From an uncultured Opitutales bacterium (lineage in GTDB: Bacteria > Verrucomicrobiota > Verrucomicrobiia > Opitutales > T3Sed10-336), in assembly GCA_964645585.1 (NCBI GenBank), contig CAZYAN010000010.1:3677-67676 (forward strand): 64,000 nt of DNA, in the 5' to 3' direction. Both the position numbers and the translations under genes were made by a program. The notes beneath the pieces were generated by a model. That model was given only the letters and a program-made list of their open reading frames with translations. It did not search any database and was not told the DNA's origin. Shown piece by piece: positions 45,803 to 55,205 of this stretch (position 1 is the stretch's first letter; every line of letters begins with the position of its first letter).

Positions 45803-46643
45803 GACCATCGTGAATCTTCATTGCGGCCTGGGTGAAGGCCCTCTGTGGGATCCGGACCGGGAAAGCCTTTATTGGACGGATATTCCCGCGGGCCGAATTC
45901 ATCAGTACAGCGTCCGGGAAAGAACAACAGCAACGGTTTACGAAGGGCCCCTTGTTTCCGGCTTCACACGGGAGGCTGACGGAACGCTTCTTCTCTTCCG
46001 CGAGCGTGATATCGCACGCCTCTATCCGGACGGGCGCGTCAAACCCGTTCTCGCATTTCCTGAGGACGGTGCCGATCGCTTCAATGACGTCATTGCCGAC
46101 CCCGAGGGCCGCGTATTCGCCGGACGTTACGCGAAGAAGAACGAAGACGGCGGACTGTATCGCATCGATCCGGACGGCTCGATCCACCTATTGTTCAAGG
46201 GCTGCGCCTGCCCGAATGGCATGGGTTTTTCCCCGGACCTCAAGACTTTCTATTACACCTGCTCGACTTCGCGCACCATCGAACGATTCCACTATGATCG
46301 CGCGACTGGCAAACTGGCAGACCGGCAATTGTTTTACCAAGCGACAAAAGAGGAAGGGACTCCAGACGGGTTGACCGTGGACGAAGAAGGGGTCATCTGG
46401 TCGGCCCGATTCGGAGGTGCCTCAGTCATCCGGCACGCCCCGGATGGACGCGTGCTTGAAACGATTTCGTTTCCTGCCTCCCAGATCACCTCGGTTATGT
46501 TTGGCGGCGAGATGATGAACACCCTGTTTGTCACGAGCGCTGGCGGATCCGCTGGAAGCGAATCGGCTGATGGAGCCTTATTCGCTCTTCAAACGGAAGC
46601 GAAAGGACGGATCGAATTCCGATCGCGAATACTCCTTCAGTAA
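45786..46643 (+). CDS. SMP-30 / gluconolactonase / LRE-family lactonase
   Basis: 285 aa. LGEGPLWD...LYWTDI..GRIH, NDVIADPEGRVFAG and PNGMGFSPD are typical six-bladed lactonase motifs. 17-nt overlap with the symporter gene. Confidence 0.85.
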   Translation: MSGRIETIVNLHCGLGEGPLWDPDRESLYWTDIPAGRIHQYSVRERTTATVYEGPLVSGFTREADGTLLLFRERDIARLYPDGRVKPVLAFPEDGADRFNDVIADPEGRVFAGRYAKKNEDGGLYRIDPDGSIHLLFKGCACPNGMGFSPDLKTFYYTCSTSRTIERFHYDRATGKLADRQLFYQATKEEGTPDGLTVDEEGVIWSARFGGASVIRHAPDGRVLETISFPASQITSVMFGGEMMNTLFVTSAGGSAGSESADGALFALQTEAKGRIEFRSRILLQ

Positions 46644-46754
46644 AGCCGGCACCAGCAAAAGAATCGGTGGATCGCTTGCAGCACCGGCTCATGAATGAAT
46701 CGGCCCGGCCCCTGCGCAATACAACGCGAGAAGACACAACACTGTGCCTTCCGG

Positions 46755-46812
46755 TGAAAAATTACGGGCCCGCCCGCGGAACGGAATGAAATATCCGTCG
46801 CAGGCGGGCCCG
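46755..46812 (-). terminator. Rho-independent terminator of the amidase gene
   Basis: Perfect 10-bp outer stem CGGGCCCGCC / GGCGGGCCCG (46765-46774 / 46803-46812) with further inner pairing. On the minus strand it is followed by GTAATTTTTCA. Confidence 0.55.
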
Positions 46813-46836
46813 CTGCTTACTTCTCACTCGGGAGCA

Positions 46837-47949
46837 TCACTGCTTCACCCAACGAACGGCATCGGCAATGACCTTGTCTCCACTGCTGGTCCAGCAAGAA
46901 AGCTGGACCTGTCGATTGCCGCTGCCGAAAGTATACGTTCCCAAAGAATTCCATTGACCGCCATTGGCGGTCTGGTTGACGTTCTCGACGGCCGTTCCAC
47001 CGGAATGGTGAATATGATAGGCCGCCGCGGTCGCCCGGTCAGGCGACTCCGTCCACCAGGCATCCACACGCCACGACCCGGACTGCGGCAGATTGCCTGT
47101 CCACGTCGCCGGATCGCTGATAAATTCGGTTTCCCGCCAGTGATAGCTCGACCCGAATTTATCCGATGACCAAGTCGCCTCTCCCCAGTTCGCTGAGGCG
47201 GAGAAGCCCGCGTGTGTGTTATCGACCGTTACCGTTGTCACGGTGGGATTAATACGCGAATTGATCGCGTTGCGCGCCGTCCCGCCGTTGTAGTTGGTGC
47301 CGATCGTCGCATAAACGATGTCTCCTGGGCACGCGGTCGACCCGACGTTCCGGTGACCCGCTACTCGACCGACCGTCTTGCCGCCGTAGCTCCCGGACCC
47401 GTACGGCGACCAGCCATTCGGCATGCGCCAGGCGATCAAGTCCCACAGCGCATTGCGCCCGGCGGTTGTGAACGATTGGTTGGGCGACGGATGGTGGTAC
47501 CCCATCATCACGAAACCAAAGCTGTTGGTATTCACCGCGTCGTGCGCGCCGCGCCGCTGCTCAGACTTAACGTCGGAATTGCGGCGGCCTTCGAAGATAT
47601 TCCCCAGCTTATCAACCAGGTAATGATAGCCGATGTCGCTCCAGCCGTTGACGTCCATTTGATAATTCTGCACGCCGCGCACCATCGAGGCCGAGGTGCT
47701 CTGGCTGGTCGTGTTGAAGTGCGACGAAGCGGCCGTGTGGTGAATGACGGCACGATTCAGCGCGCTCATGTTGGAGTTGAGGGACGCCGAACGGGCGTTC
47801 CAGCAACTGCGATTGCAGACGGATGGTTTGGTGGCGGCCCCGGCCGCCTCCGCGGTGCCGGACAGCAGAACGGAAATTCCCGCGGCTGCCGCGGCTGCCA
47901 GCGCCAAGATCGGCGCGGCGCCTGTAGGTTTGTCGTTTTGGTGCTTCAT
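46837..47949 (-). CDS. Secreted N-acetylmuramoyl-L-alanine amidase (Amidase_2/PGRP fold) with a golvesin-C-terminal-like domain
   Basis: ATG 47949 gives the signal MKHQNDKPTGAAPILALAAAAAAGISVLLSGTAEA. Amidase_2-like blocks RAVIHHTA, GWSDIGYHYLVDKLGNIFEGR and NSFGFVMMGYH. The C-terminal WRVDAWW..RATAAAYHIHHSGG..NQTANGGQWNSLGTYTF..IADAVRW resembles golvesin-C-like domains. Confidence 0.7.
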   Translation of the reverse strand: MKHQNDKPTGAAPILALAAAAAAGISVLLSGTAEAAGAATKPSVCNRSCWNARSASLNSNMSALNRAVIHHTAASSHFNTTSQSTSASMVRGVQNYQMDVNGWSDIGYHYLVDKLGNIFEGRRNSDVKSEQRRGAHDAVNTNSFGFVMMGYHHPSPNQSFTTAGRNALWDLIAWRMPNGWSPYGSGSYGGKTVGRVAGHRNVGSTACPGDIVYATIGTNYNGGTARNAINSRINPTVTTVTVDNTHAGFSASANWGEATWSSDKFGSSYHWRETEFISDPATWTGNLPQSGSWRVDAWWTESPDRATAAAYHIHHSGGTAVENVNQTANGGQWNSLGTYTFGSGNRQVQLSCWTSSGDKVIADAVRWVKQ

Positions 47950-48250
47950 TTTCCTAACTAGTTTGGGTTGGGTCTTCTTTGTCTGATCACCTCGGTTCGG
48001 AGGACGGCCTCTTCCCCGAGAGCAAAGGCGCTGCTGGCGCCGGAAAACAAACACTGTGGCAATCCATTTTGGGTGGCCGACAGCTTCGCCAATGGGGGTG
48101 CAAGGAGCAATCCCGGCGTCAGTTAAATTGTTGAAAAAGGTTTGCTTGCTCGGCTCCTAGACGACAGTTTCAGCACGAAGCACGCGGTCCGCCCGCCTCG
48201 GGCTGTTGAGAAGCGCCAAGTTTCCCCGGATCCGTCTCCTTTACACCCCG

Positions 48251-50386
48251 ATGAACGACACACCTGATTTCCCCCGGGCCGACCGGCCGGTCACGATGAT
48301 CACAATCGCACGCGAGGCAGCCGTCAGCGTTGCCACCGTTTCGCTCGCTCTGAAAGGCAACCCGCGCATTCCAGAAAAAACGCGTCGGCGGATCGCGCTC
48401 ATCGCTGACCGGCTCGGGTATCAGAAAAGTGCATACATTGCGGCGCACATGGCCTGCCGGCGGAAGGCGAAGCTCCCCGCGTCGAGTCCGGTTCTCGCGT
48501 TTCTTGAGCCTCGACACCCTCCACCTGGGGAAGATCCGGATGCATCGGACCGCCCCGATGCATATTTTGAAGGAGCGGCGCGGCGCGCGGCTGAGCGCGG
48601 CTTTCGGCTGGAACGCTTCCCGCTGTCCGATCCTGGCACAGGCGCGGCGCGCCTCAGCTCGGTCCTTTACGTGCGCAACATCGCCGGCGCCATCCTCGCG
48701 CCCCTTCCCGACGGCTGGCAAACGGTGCGACTCGAGTGGCGGTACTTCGCGACGGTTGCGCTCGGCTTCACCCTTCGGAACCCTCCGTTGCATCGTGTGG
48801 CCAGCGATCCGTTTCAATCGATGACCGCCGCGGTCGAAAAATGCCGCCGCCTCGGCTACCGGCGCATCGGCCTTACCCTGACCCGCCCAGGCGACGCGCG
48901 CGTCGACGGCCGATGGCTCGCCGCGTATGTAATGTTTCAAACCGGACCGGAGGGACGGAATCTCTTGCCGCCATTCGTGACACGGCAGTGGAATCCGCGC
49001 CGCCTTCTCTCTTGGTTAAAGAAATCGCGTCCTGACGTTCTCATTACGCCTTGGGCAAATCAATTCCTAGACTTGCTTCACAAGAATGGCTGGAACGTTC
49101 CCGACGAGATCGGGTTGGTCACCGTCGACATGCCCGCTCCGAACGGACCGGTAGGCGGAGTATTTCAAAACCGCCCGCTTCTCGGATCGCGCGCGGTCGA
49201 CACGGTTATCGCCGCGCTGGAACGCAACGAGCGCGGAATACCGCCGTTTGCCAATACCGTGCTGATCGATGGCATCTGGCGCCCCGGCTCCACCGTCCGT
49301 CCCGAAAAGGCGCCCGCTGAGCCAGACGGAATGCAAAAACACACGGAACACTCGATTTCGATGCGCGAGCTCGCGGAACGGCTGAACCTCCACACGTCGA
49401 CGGTCTCGCTCAGCCTCAAAAACAGTCCAGCAATCGCCCTCGCAACCCGCAAGCGCGTGCGTCGGATCGCGCGGGAAATGGGCTATCGCGCGAATCCCTT
49501 CGTTTCCAAATTGATGAAAGCCCGCCGGACGGGAAAACTTCCGGCACAGCGCCCGTCCATCGCGTTCATTACCACTTTCCCGACCCCGGACGGCTGGCGC
49601 GAAAAATCGGAGGTGTTCGTTCAGTATTTCAACGGTGCCTCAGAGATGGCGGCGCGAAAAGGGTTTCAGCTCGAGGAAGTCTGGGCTCCGCCGCATGCCG
49701 CGGCCGAAGTCAGCCGGAAACTTCGCCGCCGCGGCATCCTCGGCATCCTGATTCCGCCGCTTCCAGCTGTCGGCGCGCCGCTGCGAATGCGCTGGGAATG
49801 GTTTTGCACCGTTGGGTTTGGATTTACACTTCACAGCCCCAGCATTCATCGGGTCGACAATGATCACTATTCCTCCATGCGCCGCGCGGTGCGCCAATGC
49901 CGCCGCCTCGGCTATCGCCGGATCGGTCTCGCGCTCAACGCCAAAGACTCCGGCAAAGTGCAAAGCCGGTGGCTCGCCTCCTACTTGATGCAACAGCGCG
50001 AACTCCGCGGAATTGTTCCCGTGGATCCGCTGATCGCCCGCCGCTGGACGCAGTCGTCGATCGCGCGGTGGCTGGACCGGACGCAACCGGACGTCATTAT
50101 CGCCTTCTGGCCGGCCGACATTATCCATTGGCTCAATGCCCTCAACTACTCCGTGCCGCGCGATATCGGCGTCGTCGGCCTGCGCAGTCCCGAACTCGGC
50201 GGTCCGCTCTCTGGCACCTACGAACGGGCCGAGCTGCTTGGCGGACGCGCTGCTGAAATCGTGATCAGCCTTGTCGAACAGGGTAAACAAGGCATATCCG
50301 AGCACCCTCGCACCGTCCTCATCGACGGGATTTGGAATCCGGGCGGCACGGTCGTGCGGCAACGGAAACCGATTCCAGCAAGGTAA
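48251..50386 (+). CDS. Tandem-duplicated LacI-family regulator (two complete HTH + periplasmic-binding-fold modules in one ORF)
   Basis: HTH 1 is MITIAREAAVSVATVSLALKGNPRIPEKTRRRIALIADRLGYQ. HTH 2 is ISMRELAERLNLHTSTVSLSLKNSPAIALATRKRVRRIAREMGYR (from nt ~49352). The halves are colinear paralogs (RLGYRRIGLTLTRPGDARVDGRWLAAY vs RLGYRRIGLALNAKDSGKVQSRWLASY; TVLIDGIWRPGSTV vs TVLIDGIWNPGGTV). There is no stop codon between them. Confidence 0.8.
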   Translation: MNDTPDFPRADRPVTMITIAREAAVSVATVSLALKGNPRIPEKTRRRIALIADRLGYQKSAYIAAHMACRRKAKLPASSPVLAFLEPRHPPPGEDPDASDRPDAYFEGAARRAAERGFRLERFPLSDPGTGAARLSSVLYVRNIAGAILAPLPDGWQTVRLEWRYFATVALGFTLRNPPLHRVASDPFQSMTAAVEKCRRLGYRRIGLTLTRPGDARVDGRWLAAYVMFQTGPEGRNLLPPFVTRQWNPRRLLSWLKKSRPDVLITPWANQFLDLLHKNGWNVPDEIGLVTVDMPAPNGPVGGVFQNRPLLGSRAVDTVIAALERNERGIPPFANTVLIDGIWRPGSTVRPEKAPAEPDGMQKHTEHSISMRELAERLNLHTSTVSLSLKNSPAIALATRKRVRRIAREMGYRANPFVSKLMKARRTGKLPAQRPSIAFITTFPTPDGWREKSEVFVQYFNGASEMAARKGFQLEEVWAPPHAAAEVSRKLRRRGILGILIPPLPAVGAPLRMRWEWFCTVGFGFTLHSPSIHRVDNDHYSSMRRAVRQCRRLGYRRIGLALNAKDSGKVQSRWLASYLMQQRELRGIVPVDPLIARRWTQSSIARWLDRTQPDVIIAFWPADIIHWLNALNYSVPRDIGVVGLRSPELGGPLSGTYERAELLGGRAAEIVISLVEQGKQGISEHPRTVLIDGIWNPGGTVVRQRKPIPAR

Positions 50387-50650
50387 AACGAGAACCGTGA
50401 ATGCCGCGCCTGTCGCAGTACACTTGCGCGCGCCATGACACCGTCGGCGCCGTCACGGAACAAGCCATGGTGTCAAAGGAACTTGTTTTACCGCGATTTC
50501 TGGCTATCCGTAGGGGCGAATGGTGCTAGCAGAACGAAAAGTGGCAGTGGATTCCAGCCGCTGAAGATGCCTTCCGCGCTTCGGATTCAGACATTGCATA
50601 GCCATAGATCCGTAGCGGCCTCACCTGTAAGGAGGACAACGACAGCCATT

Positions 50651-51331
50651 GTGATTAAAGCGCTTTTATTTGATTTCGACGGACTGATTCTTGACACCGA
50701 AATGCCAATCTACACCGCTTGGCGTCAGGTCTACGAGGAGTTCGCGTGTTCGCTGACCTTGGCCGAGTACGCGGACTGCGTCGGCGGAACCCACGCTCAC
50801 TTCGATCCGCTGGCGGAACTTGGAAAACGGATCGGTCGCACGGTATCCAAAGAGGAAATACAGCCGCGGGTCACGCGAATTTATCGGGACCTGATCGCGC
50901 GCAATGAGACGCTTCCGGGCGTTCGCGAAACGCTCGACGCCGCACGCGCCACCGGTCTTCGCACCGCCGTTGCCTCGAACTCCAACCGGGACTGGGTTGA
51001 AGAACACCTCGACCGCCTCGGTCTGCTGCCGGCGTTCGAGGTCATTCGCACACGCGACGATGTTCCGCTCGATCGGCTGAAGCCGGCACCTGACCTCTAC
51101 CTGACGGCGCTCGATGCGCTGGGCGTCGCGCCCAACGAAGCGATCGCGTTCGAGGATTCCCCGCACGGAATCCTCGCCGCCCGCCGAGCCGGAATTTTCG
51201 CCGTCGCGGTTCCAAATACAATCACTCGCGAACTTCCTCTCAACGAGCCCGACCTTCACCTCGCTTCGCTGGATGAAATGCCTTTACCCGAACTGCTGGA
51301 GGCCGTTCAGCGCGCGCGCATCGGACCGTGA
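50651..51331 (+). CDS. HAD-superfamily hydrolase (beta-phosphoglucomutase/phosphatase-like)
   Basis: Motif I is LLFDFDGLILDTE, right after GTG 50651. Motif IV-like AFEDSPHGILAARRAG. The ORF-track start at 50435 adds 72 non-protein-like residues. The exact start is uncertain. Confidence 0.75.
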   Translation: MIKALLFDFDGLILDTEMPIYTAWRQVYEEFACSLTLAEYADCVGGTHAHFDPLAELGKRIGRTVSKEEIQPRVTRIYRDLIARNETLPGVRETLDAARATGLRTAVASNSNRDWVEEHLDRLGLLPAFEVIRTRDDVPLDRLKPAPDLYLTALDALGVAPNEAIAFEDSPHGILAARRAGIFAVAVPNTITRELPLNEPDLHLASLDEMPLPELLEAVQRARIGP

Positions 51332-51343
51332 CCCAGCCCGACG

Positions 51344-53296
51344 TTACGCGAGCCGGACGGCAAGCGATTCCCATTCAGCGGTCGCGGACGCCAGCTCGTC
51401 GACGATTTCGGCGAGCGCGAGATTGATCTCACGGGCGCGCCCGGCATTCGCGTAGGTCGCCGGTGATTCCAATTCCCGCGTCAACGCCGCCTGTTTTTCT
51501 TCGAGCGCGATGATCCGCTGCTCCAGCGCCTCGGCCCTTTCTTCCCACTGCCGCCGTTCGCGCGCCGTTTCCTGTCGATCGAGGGCTTCCTGACGCCGCT
51601 GCTCGCGGCTCTTAAAATGCGGAGATGCCTCGGACGGTTCCTTGAACGAGCTCGGACGGTGCGCCGAAGTCGACGGGCCGCCGGCCGTCAATCCGGTTCT
51701 CGCCGAATCCGCCCGCGATTTCTCCAAGTAGTAATCGTACCCCCCGGCGTAACGCGTGAGCTTCCCGTCGCTGACGTGCAAAACGTGACGGGCGATCGAG
51801 CGGATGAAATGCACGTCGTGACTGATAAACGCGAGCGTTCCCTCGAACGATTCGAGTGCGGCGGTGAGCGCTTCGATACTCGCCATGTCAAGGTGGGTCG
51901 TCGGCTCGTCCATCAACAGCAGGTTCGGCGGGTCGAGCAGCAATTTGACCAGCGCGAGACGGCTTTTCTCGCCGCCGCTCAGCACGGCAACCTTTTTGAA
52001 AACGTCGTCGTCGCGGAAAAGGAAAGATCCGAGCAGCGTTCGGATGGCACCCTCGCCGACGGCGTGAGGAGTGTCGCCCGCCTCCTCCAGGACCGTGCGG
52101 CTGGGATCGAGCATTTCGACGCGCTGCTGCGAATAGTAGCCGGCCTTGACATTCAGCCCGAGTTCACGGCTTCCCTTTTGCACCGGCAGAACGCCCGCGA
52201 GTATTTTCAATAAAGTGGATTTGCCGGCGCCGTTGGGACCGACAAAGACGATCCGGTCGCCGCGTTCCAACGCGAAATCGATGCCGCGGTAAACGACGAG
52301 ATCGCCGTACGCGTGGTGAATTCCGTCGAGCGTGATCACCTGGAGCCCGCTTCGCGGCGGCTGCGGAAACTTAAAGCGAATTCCCGCCGCGTCCTCGAGC
52401 GGCTGCTCAGTCATCGTTTCCTCGATCCGTGCGATCTGTTTCAGTTTGCTCTGCGCCTGCGCCGCTTTAGTCGCCTTGGCGCCGAAGCGATCGACAAAGT
52501 TTTGCAGCCGGCGAACCTGTTTTTGCTGATTCTCCCAAGCCGCCTGTTGCTGGGCAGCGCGCGCGGCACGCTGTTCCAAAAACGAATCGTAATTGCCCCG
52601 GTAGCGCTCGAGGCGGCCGTGGCGAATTTCGACGATACTTTCCGCGAGCTGGTTGAGGAACTCCCGATCGTGCGAGATGATCAATATCGCGCCGGGGTAG
52701 CCGCGCAGATAATTTTGGAACCAGAGGAGAGATTCGAGATCGAGATGGTTGGTCGGCTCGTCGAGCATCAGGAGATCCGGCTCGCTGGTCAGCAGCCGCG
52801 CAAGGTGAATCCGCATGATCCAGCCGCCGCTCAACGTTTTCGCCGGGCGGTCGAAATCGGTTTCGCCGAACGCCAGACCGGACAGGATCTTTTTCGCGCG
52901 CGGCTCGATGTCGAAACCGCCCAGGACCGCGAACCGTTCTCGCCACTGGTGGTATTCGTCCGGACCAGCATCACTCACGTTCCCTTCCTCGTATTCGCGA
53001 AGACGCGCTCGCAGATCCGCAATCTCCGGCGTCACGGCCGTCGCGAGATCGATCACGGTTTCGTCACCGGCCGGCGCGCTCTCCTGGGGGAGGAAACCGA
53101 CCGTCGCCCGCTTTTCCAGCGACACGCTCCCGTCATCCGGCGACAGCTCGCCGAGGATGATCGAAAAGAGGGTCGATTTCCCCGCACCGTTCGGTCCAAC
53201 GAGCCCGATCCGGTCGCCGCGGCACACCTGCAGGCTGACATCCTGAAACAGGACGCGGCCGCCATACGATTTGCTGATCTGCGAAAGCGTGAGCAT
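51344..53296 (-). CDS. ABC-F family ATPase (two ABC domains, no TM; Uup/YheS-like with a C-terminal coiled coil)
   Basis: 650 aa. Walker A GPNGAGKST occurs twice, signatures LSGGWIMR and LSGGEKSRL are present, and the C-terminus is charged and helical. Confidence 0.9.
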   Translation of the reverse strand: MLTLSQISKSYGGRVLFQDVSLQVCRGDRIGLVGPNGAGKSTLFSIILGELSPDDGSVSLEKRATVGFLPQESAPAGDETVIDLATAVTPEIADLRARLREYEEGNVSDAGPDEYHQWRERFAVLGGFDIEPRAKKILSGLAFGETDFDRPAKTLSGGWIMRIHLARLLTSEPDLLMLDEPTNHLDLESLLWFQNYLRGYPGAILIISHDREFLNQLAESIVEIRHGRLERYRGNYDSFLEQRAARAAQQQAAWENQQKQVRRLQNFVDRFGAKATKAAQAQSKLKQIARIEETMTEQPLEDAAGIRFKFPQPPRSGLQVITLDGIHHAYGDLVVYRGIDFALERGDRIVFVGPNGAGKSTLLKILAGVLPVQKGSRELGLNVKAGYYSQQRVEMLDPSRTVLEEAGDTPHAVGEGAIRTLLGSFLFRDDDVFKKVAVLSGGEKSRLALVKLLLDPPNLLLMDEPTTHLDMASIEALTAALESFEGTLAFISHDVHFIRSIARHVLHVSDGKLTRYAGGYDYYLEKSRADSARTGLTAGGPSTSAHRPSSFKEPSEASPHFKSREQRRQEALDRQETARERRQWEERAEALEQRIIALEEKQAALTRELESPATYANAGRAREINLALAEIVDELASATAEWESLAVRLA

Positions 53297-53465
53297 GAAA
53301 GAGACACCACTTAAAACGGTGGATCAGCGCGATGAGGCAAACAGAAATCGGAGATTCTTGATTGGCGTCCAAACAACAGGCCGCGCAATCCGCTTTCCTT
53401 TTTGTCATTTTTCCGCATGATAGAAAGCGAGCGGACACGACATACGGGTCCGTTCTTCTGTGGCC

Positions 53466-54788
53466 ATGAGGATTTGCATGATGACGAACACTTACCTGCC
53501 GCATGTCGGCGGGGTGGCCCGTTCCGTTCATACCTTTGCAGAAGACTACCGGCGCCTCGGTCATGAAACCGTCGTTGTGGCTCCCACGTTTCCAGGAGTG
53601 GACGAGCTCGATGAAGCGGCGGAACAGGATGTCGTGCGTGTCCCTGCCGTCCAGCGGTTCAATGGCAGTGACTTCTCGGTCCGCCTGCCCTTGGTTGCGC
53701 TGATGGAGCCGCGGCTGATCGAAATGGACGTTGATATCGTCCACTCGCACCACCCGTTTTTACTTGGCGACACCGCCTTGCGATTCGCTGCTGACAAACA
53801 GGCGCCGGTGATTTTCACCCACCATACTTTATATGAGGAATACCTGCACTACGTCCCGTTCAAGGGTACGCCGATGCGCCAGTTCGTTATCGAGTTATCG
53901 ACGCATTACGCTAACCTGTGCGACGCGGTGATCGCCCCCAGCGGGAGCATCGCTGAATTGATTCGCTCCCGCGGCGTTGAGGTGCCAATCGAGGTGATTC
54001 CGACTGGAATCGATGTCCGGGCATTCGCCGAAGGTGACGGCGAACGTTTCCGAGCGGAAAACCGGATCGCGCCGGACCAGTTCGTGGTCGGAACGCTCGG
54101 GCGCCTCGCGGAGGAAAAGAATTTGCGATTTCTCTGCCGGGCGGTTGCGAAATTTTTGGAAGCGGCGCCCGAGGCCATTTTTCTCGCCGTCGGATCGGGA
54201 TCGCTGGAACGTGAAATGAAAGGAATCTTTCAGCAACTCGGACTCAGCGAACGGGTGCGTTTTCCTGGAAAGAAAACCGGTGCCGGCCTCTACGGCGCGT
54301 ACAAGGCGATGGACGTGTTCGCCTTCGCCTCGTTCAGCGAAACCCAAGGACTGGTTCTCGCCGAGGCGATGGCGGCCGGCCTGCCGGTCGTCGCGCTCGA
54401 CGGGTCCGGCGTGCGTGAGGTCGTGACCGATGGGAAAAACGGTTTCATGCTGCCGGCCTCCGCGGACGAGGATGCCTTCGCGGCGCGATTGCAAGCGATC
54501 CGTCAGGAGCCAGAGCTCCGTGCGCGTTTTCGCGATGAGGCAAAGGCGACCGCAAACGAATTTTCGCGGGAAACCTGCGCCAGGCGCGCGCTCGATCTCT
54601 ACGCGGAAACGGTGCAGCGCATGAACATGCGGTCCCGGGATCGCTTCGAGGACACGTGGAACGGCTTGCTGAAACGCATTCGCATCGAATGGGATTTGAT
54701 TGCCGACAAAGCCGAATCGATGTTCGACGCGTTTCGAACCGAAGACGAGGAGCCGTCAGGAGAAGAAGAGGTTCGAATGAAACGCTGA
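53466..54788 (+). CDS. Glycosyltransferase family 4 (GT-B, retaining)
   Basis: [22 protein letters not shown]-terminus and the E-x7-E-like region [20 protein letters not shown]. Confidence 0.85.
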   Translation: MRICMMTNTYLPHVGGVARSVHTFAEDYRRLGHETVVVAPTFPGVDELDEAAEQDVVRVPAVQRFNGSDFSVRLPLVALMEPRLIEMDVDIVHSHHPFLLGDTALRFAADKQAPVIFTHHTLYEEYLHYVPFKGTPMRQFVIELSTHYANLCDAVIAPSGSIAELIRSRGVEVPIEVIPTGIDVRAFAEGDGERFRAENRIAPDQFVVGTLGRLAEEKNLRFLCRAVAKFLEAAPEAIFLAVGSGSLEREMKGIFQQLGLSERVRFPGKKTGAGLYGAYKAMDVFAFASFSETQGLVLAEAMAAGLPVVALDGSGVREVVTDGKNGFMLPASADEDAFAARLQAIRQEPELRARFRDEAKATANEFSRETCARRALDLYAETVQRMNMRSRDRFEDTWNGLLKRIRIEWDLIADKAESMFDAFRTEDEEPSGEEEVRMKR

Positions 54789-54946
54789 GCCGGCCGCCGC
54801 GACGAAGCCGCGTCCCCGCCATCCCGTTTTTTGTTTTGCAGAAAAGTCGCTGCCGTCAGCCGCGCCGCCTTGCGTTCCTTTCCAAGCGGCACTACTTTCG
54901 ACTGTTGGCGCTTCGTACCCGGCGAGCGCTCGAGAGGGGATCAGTT

Positions 54947-55120
54947 ATGCTGACGTGGGCGGTCATCTTTCTCATTCTGGCCATCGTCGCCGGAGCCTTG
55001 GGTTTCACTGGAATCGCAGGTGCGGCGGCCACGATCGCGCAAGTGCTCTTCGGCATTTTTCTGGCGCTCTGCCTCCTCATGATCGTGCTCGCGGTAATCA
55101 TCAAACGGAAGCTGTTTTAA
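54947..55120 (+). CDS. DUF1328 (UPF0391/YtjA-like) small membrane protein
   Basis: 57 aa: [67 protein letters not shown] Shine-Dalgarno-like sequence lies upstream. The longer ORF-track call (54656) is an artefactual extension. Confidence 0.75.
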   Translation: MLTWAVIFLILAIVAGALGFTGIAGAAATIAQVLFGIFLALCLLMIVLAVIIKRKLF

Positions 55121-55205
55121 GTCTCATCTGTCGATTTTCTATTTTTCCTCTTTCATTTGATAGAAAATGATCAATGAAAGTTGGAAAATGGTGCCTGATA
55201 AATAA

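Noticed and set aside
50387-50650. A 264-nt leader before the HAD gene containing GGGGCGAATGGTGCTAGC (tmRNA-like 5' end?)
   Set aside because: There is no tRNA-like 3' domain, no tag reading frame and no T-arm/CCA. The region runs straight into the HAD coding sequence. It is probably just a 5' UTR with an uncertain start codon.
55150-55180. An AT-rich inverted repeat CTTTCATTTGAT-N8-ATCAATGAAAG between convergent genes
   Set aside because: It could be a terminator hairpin, but neither strand has a following U-tract and the stem is AT-rich and weak. Not called as a feature.
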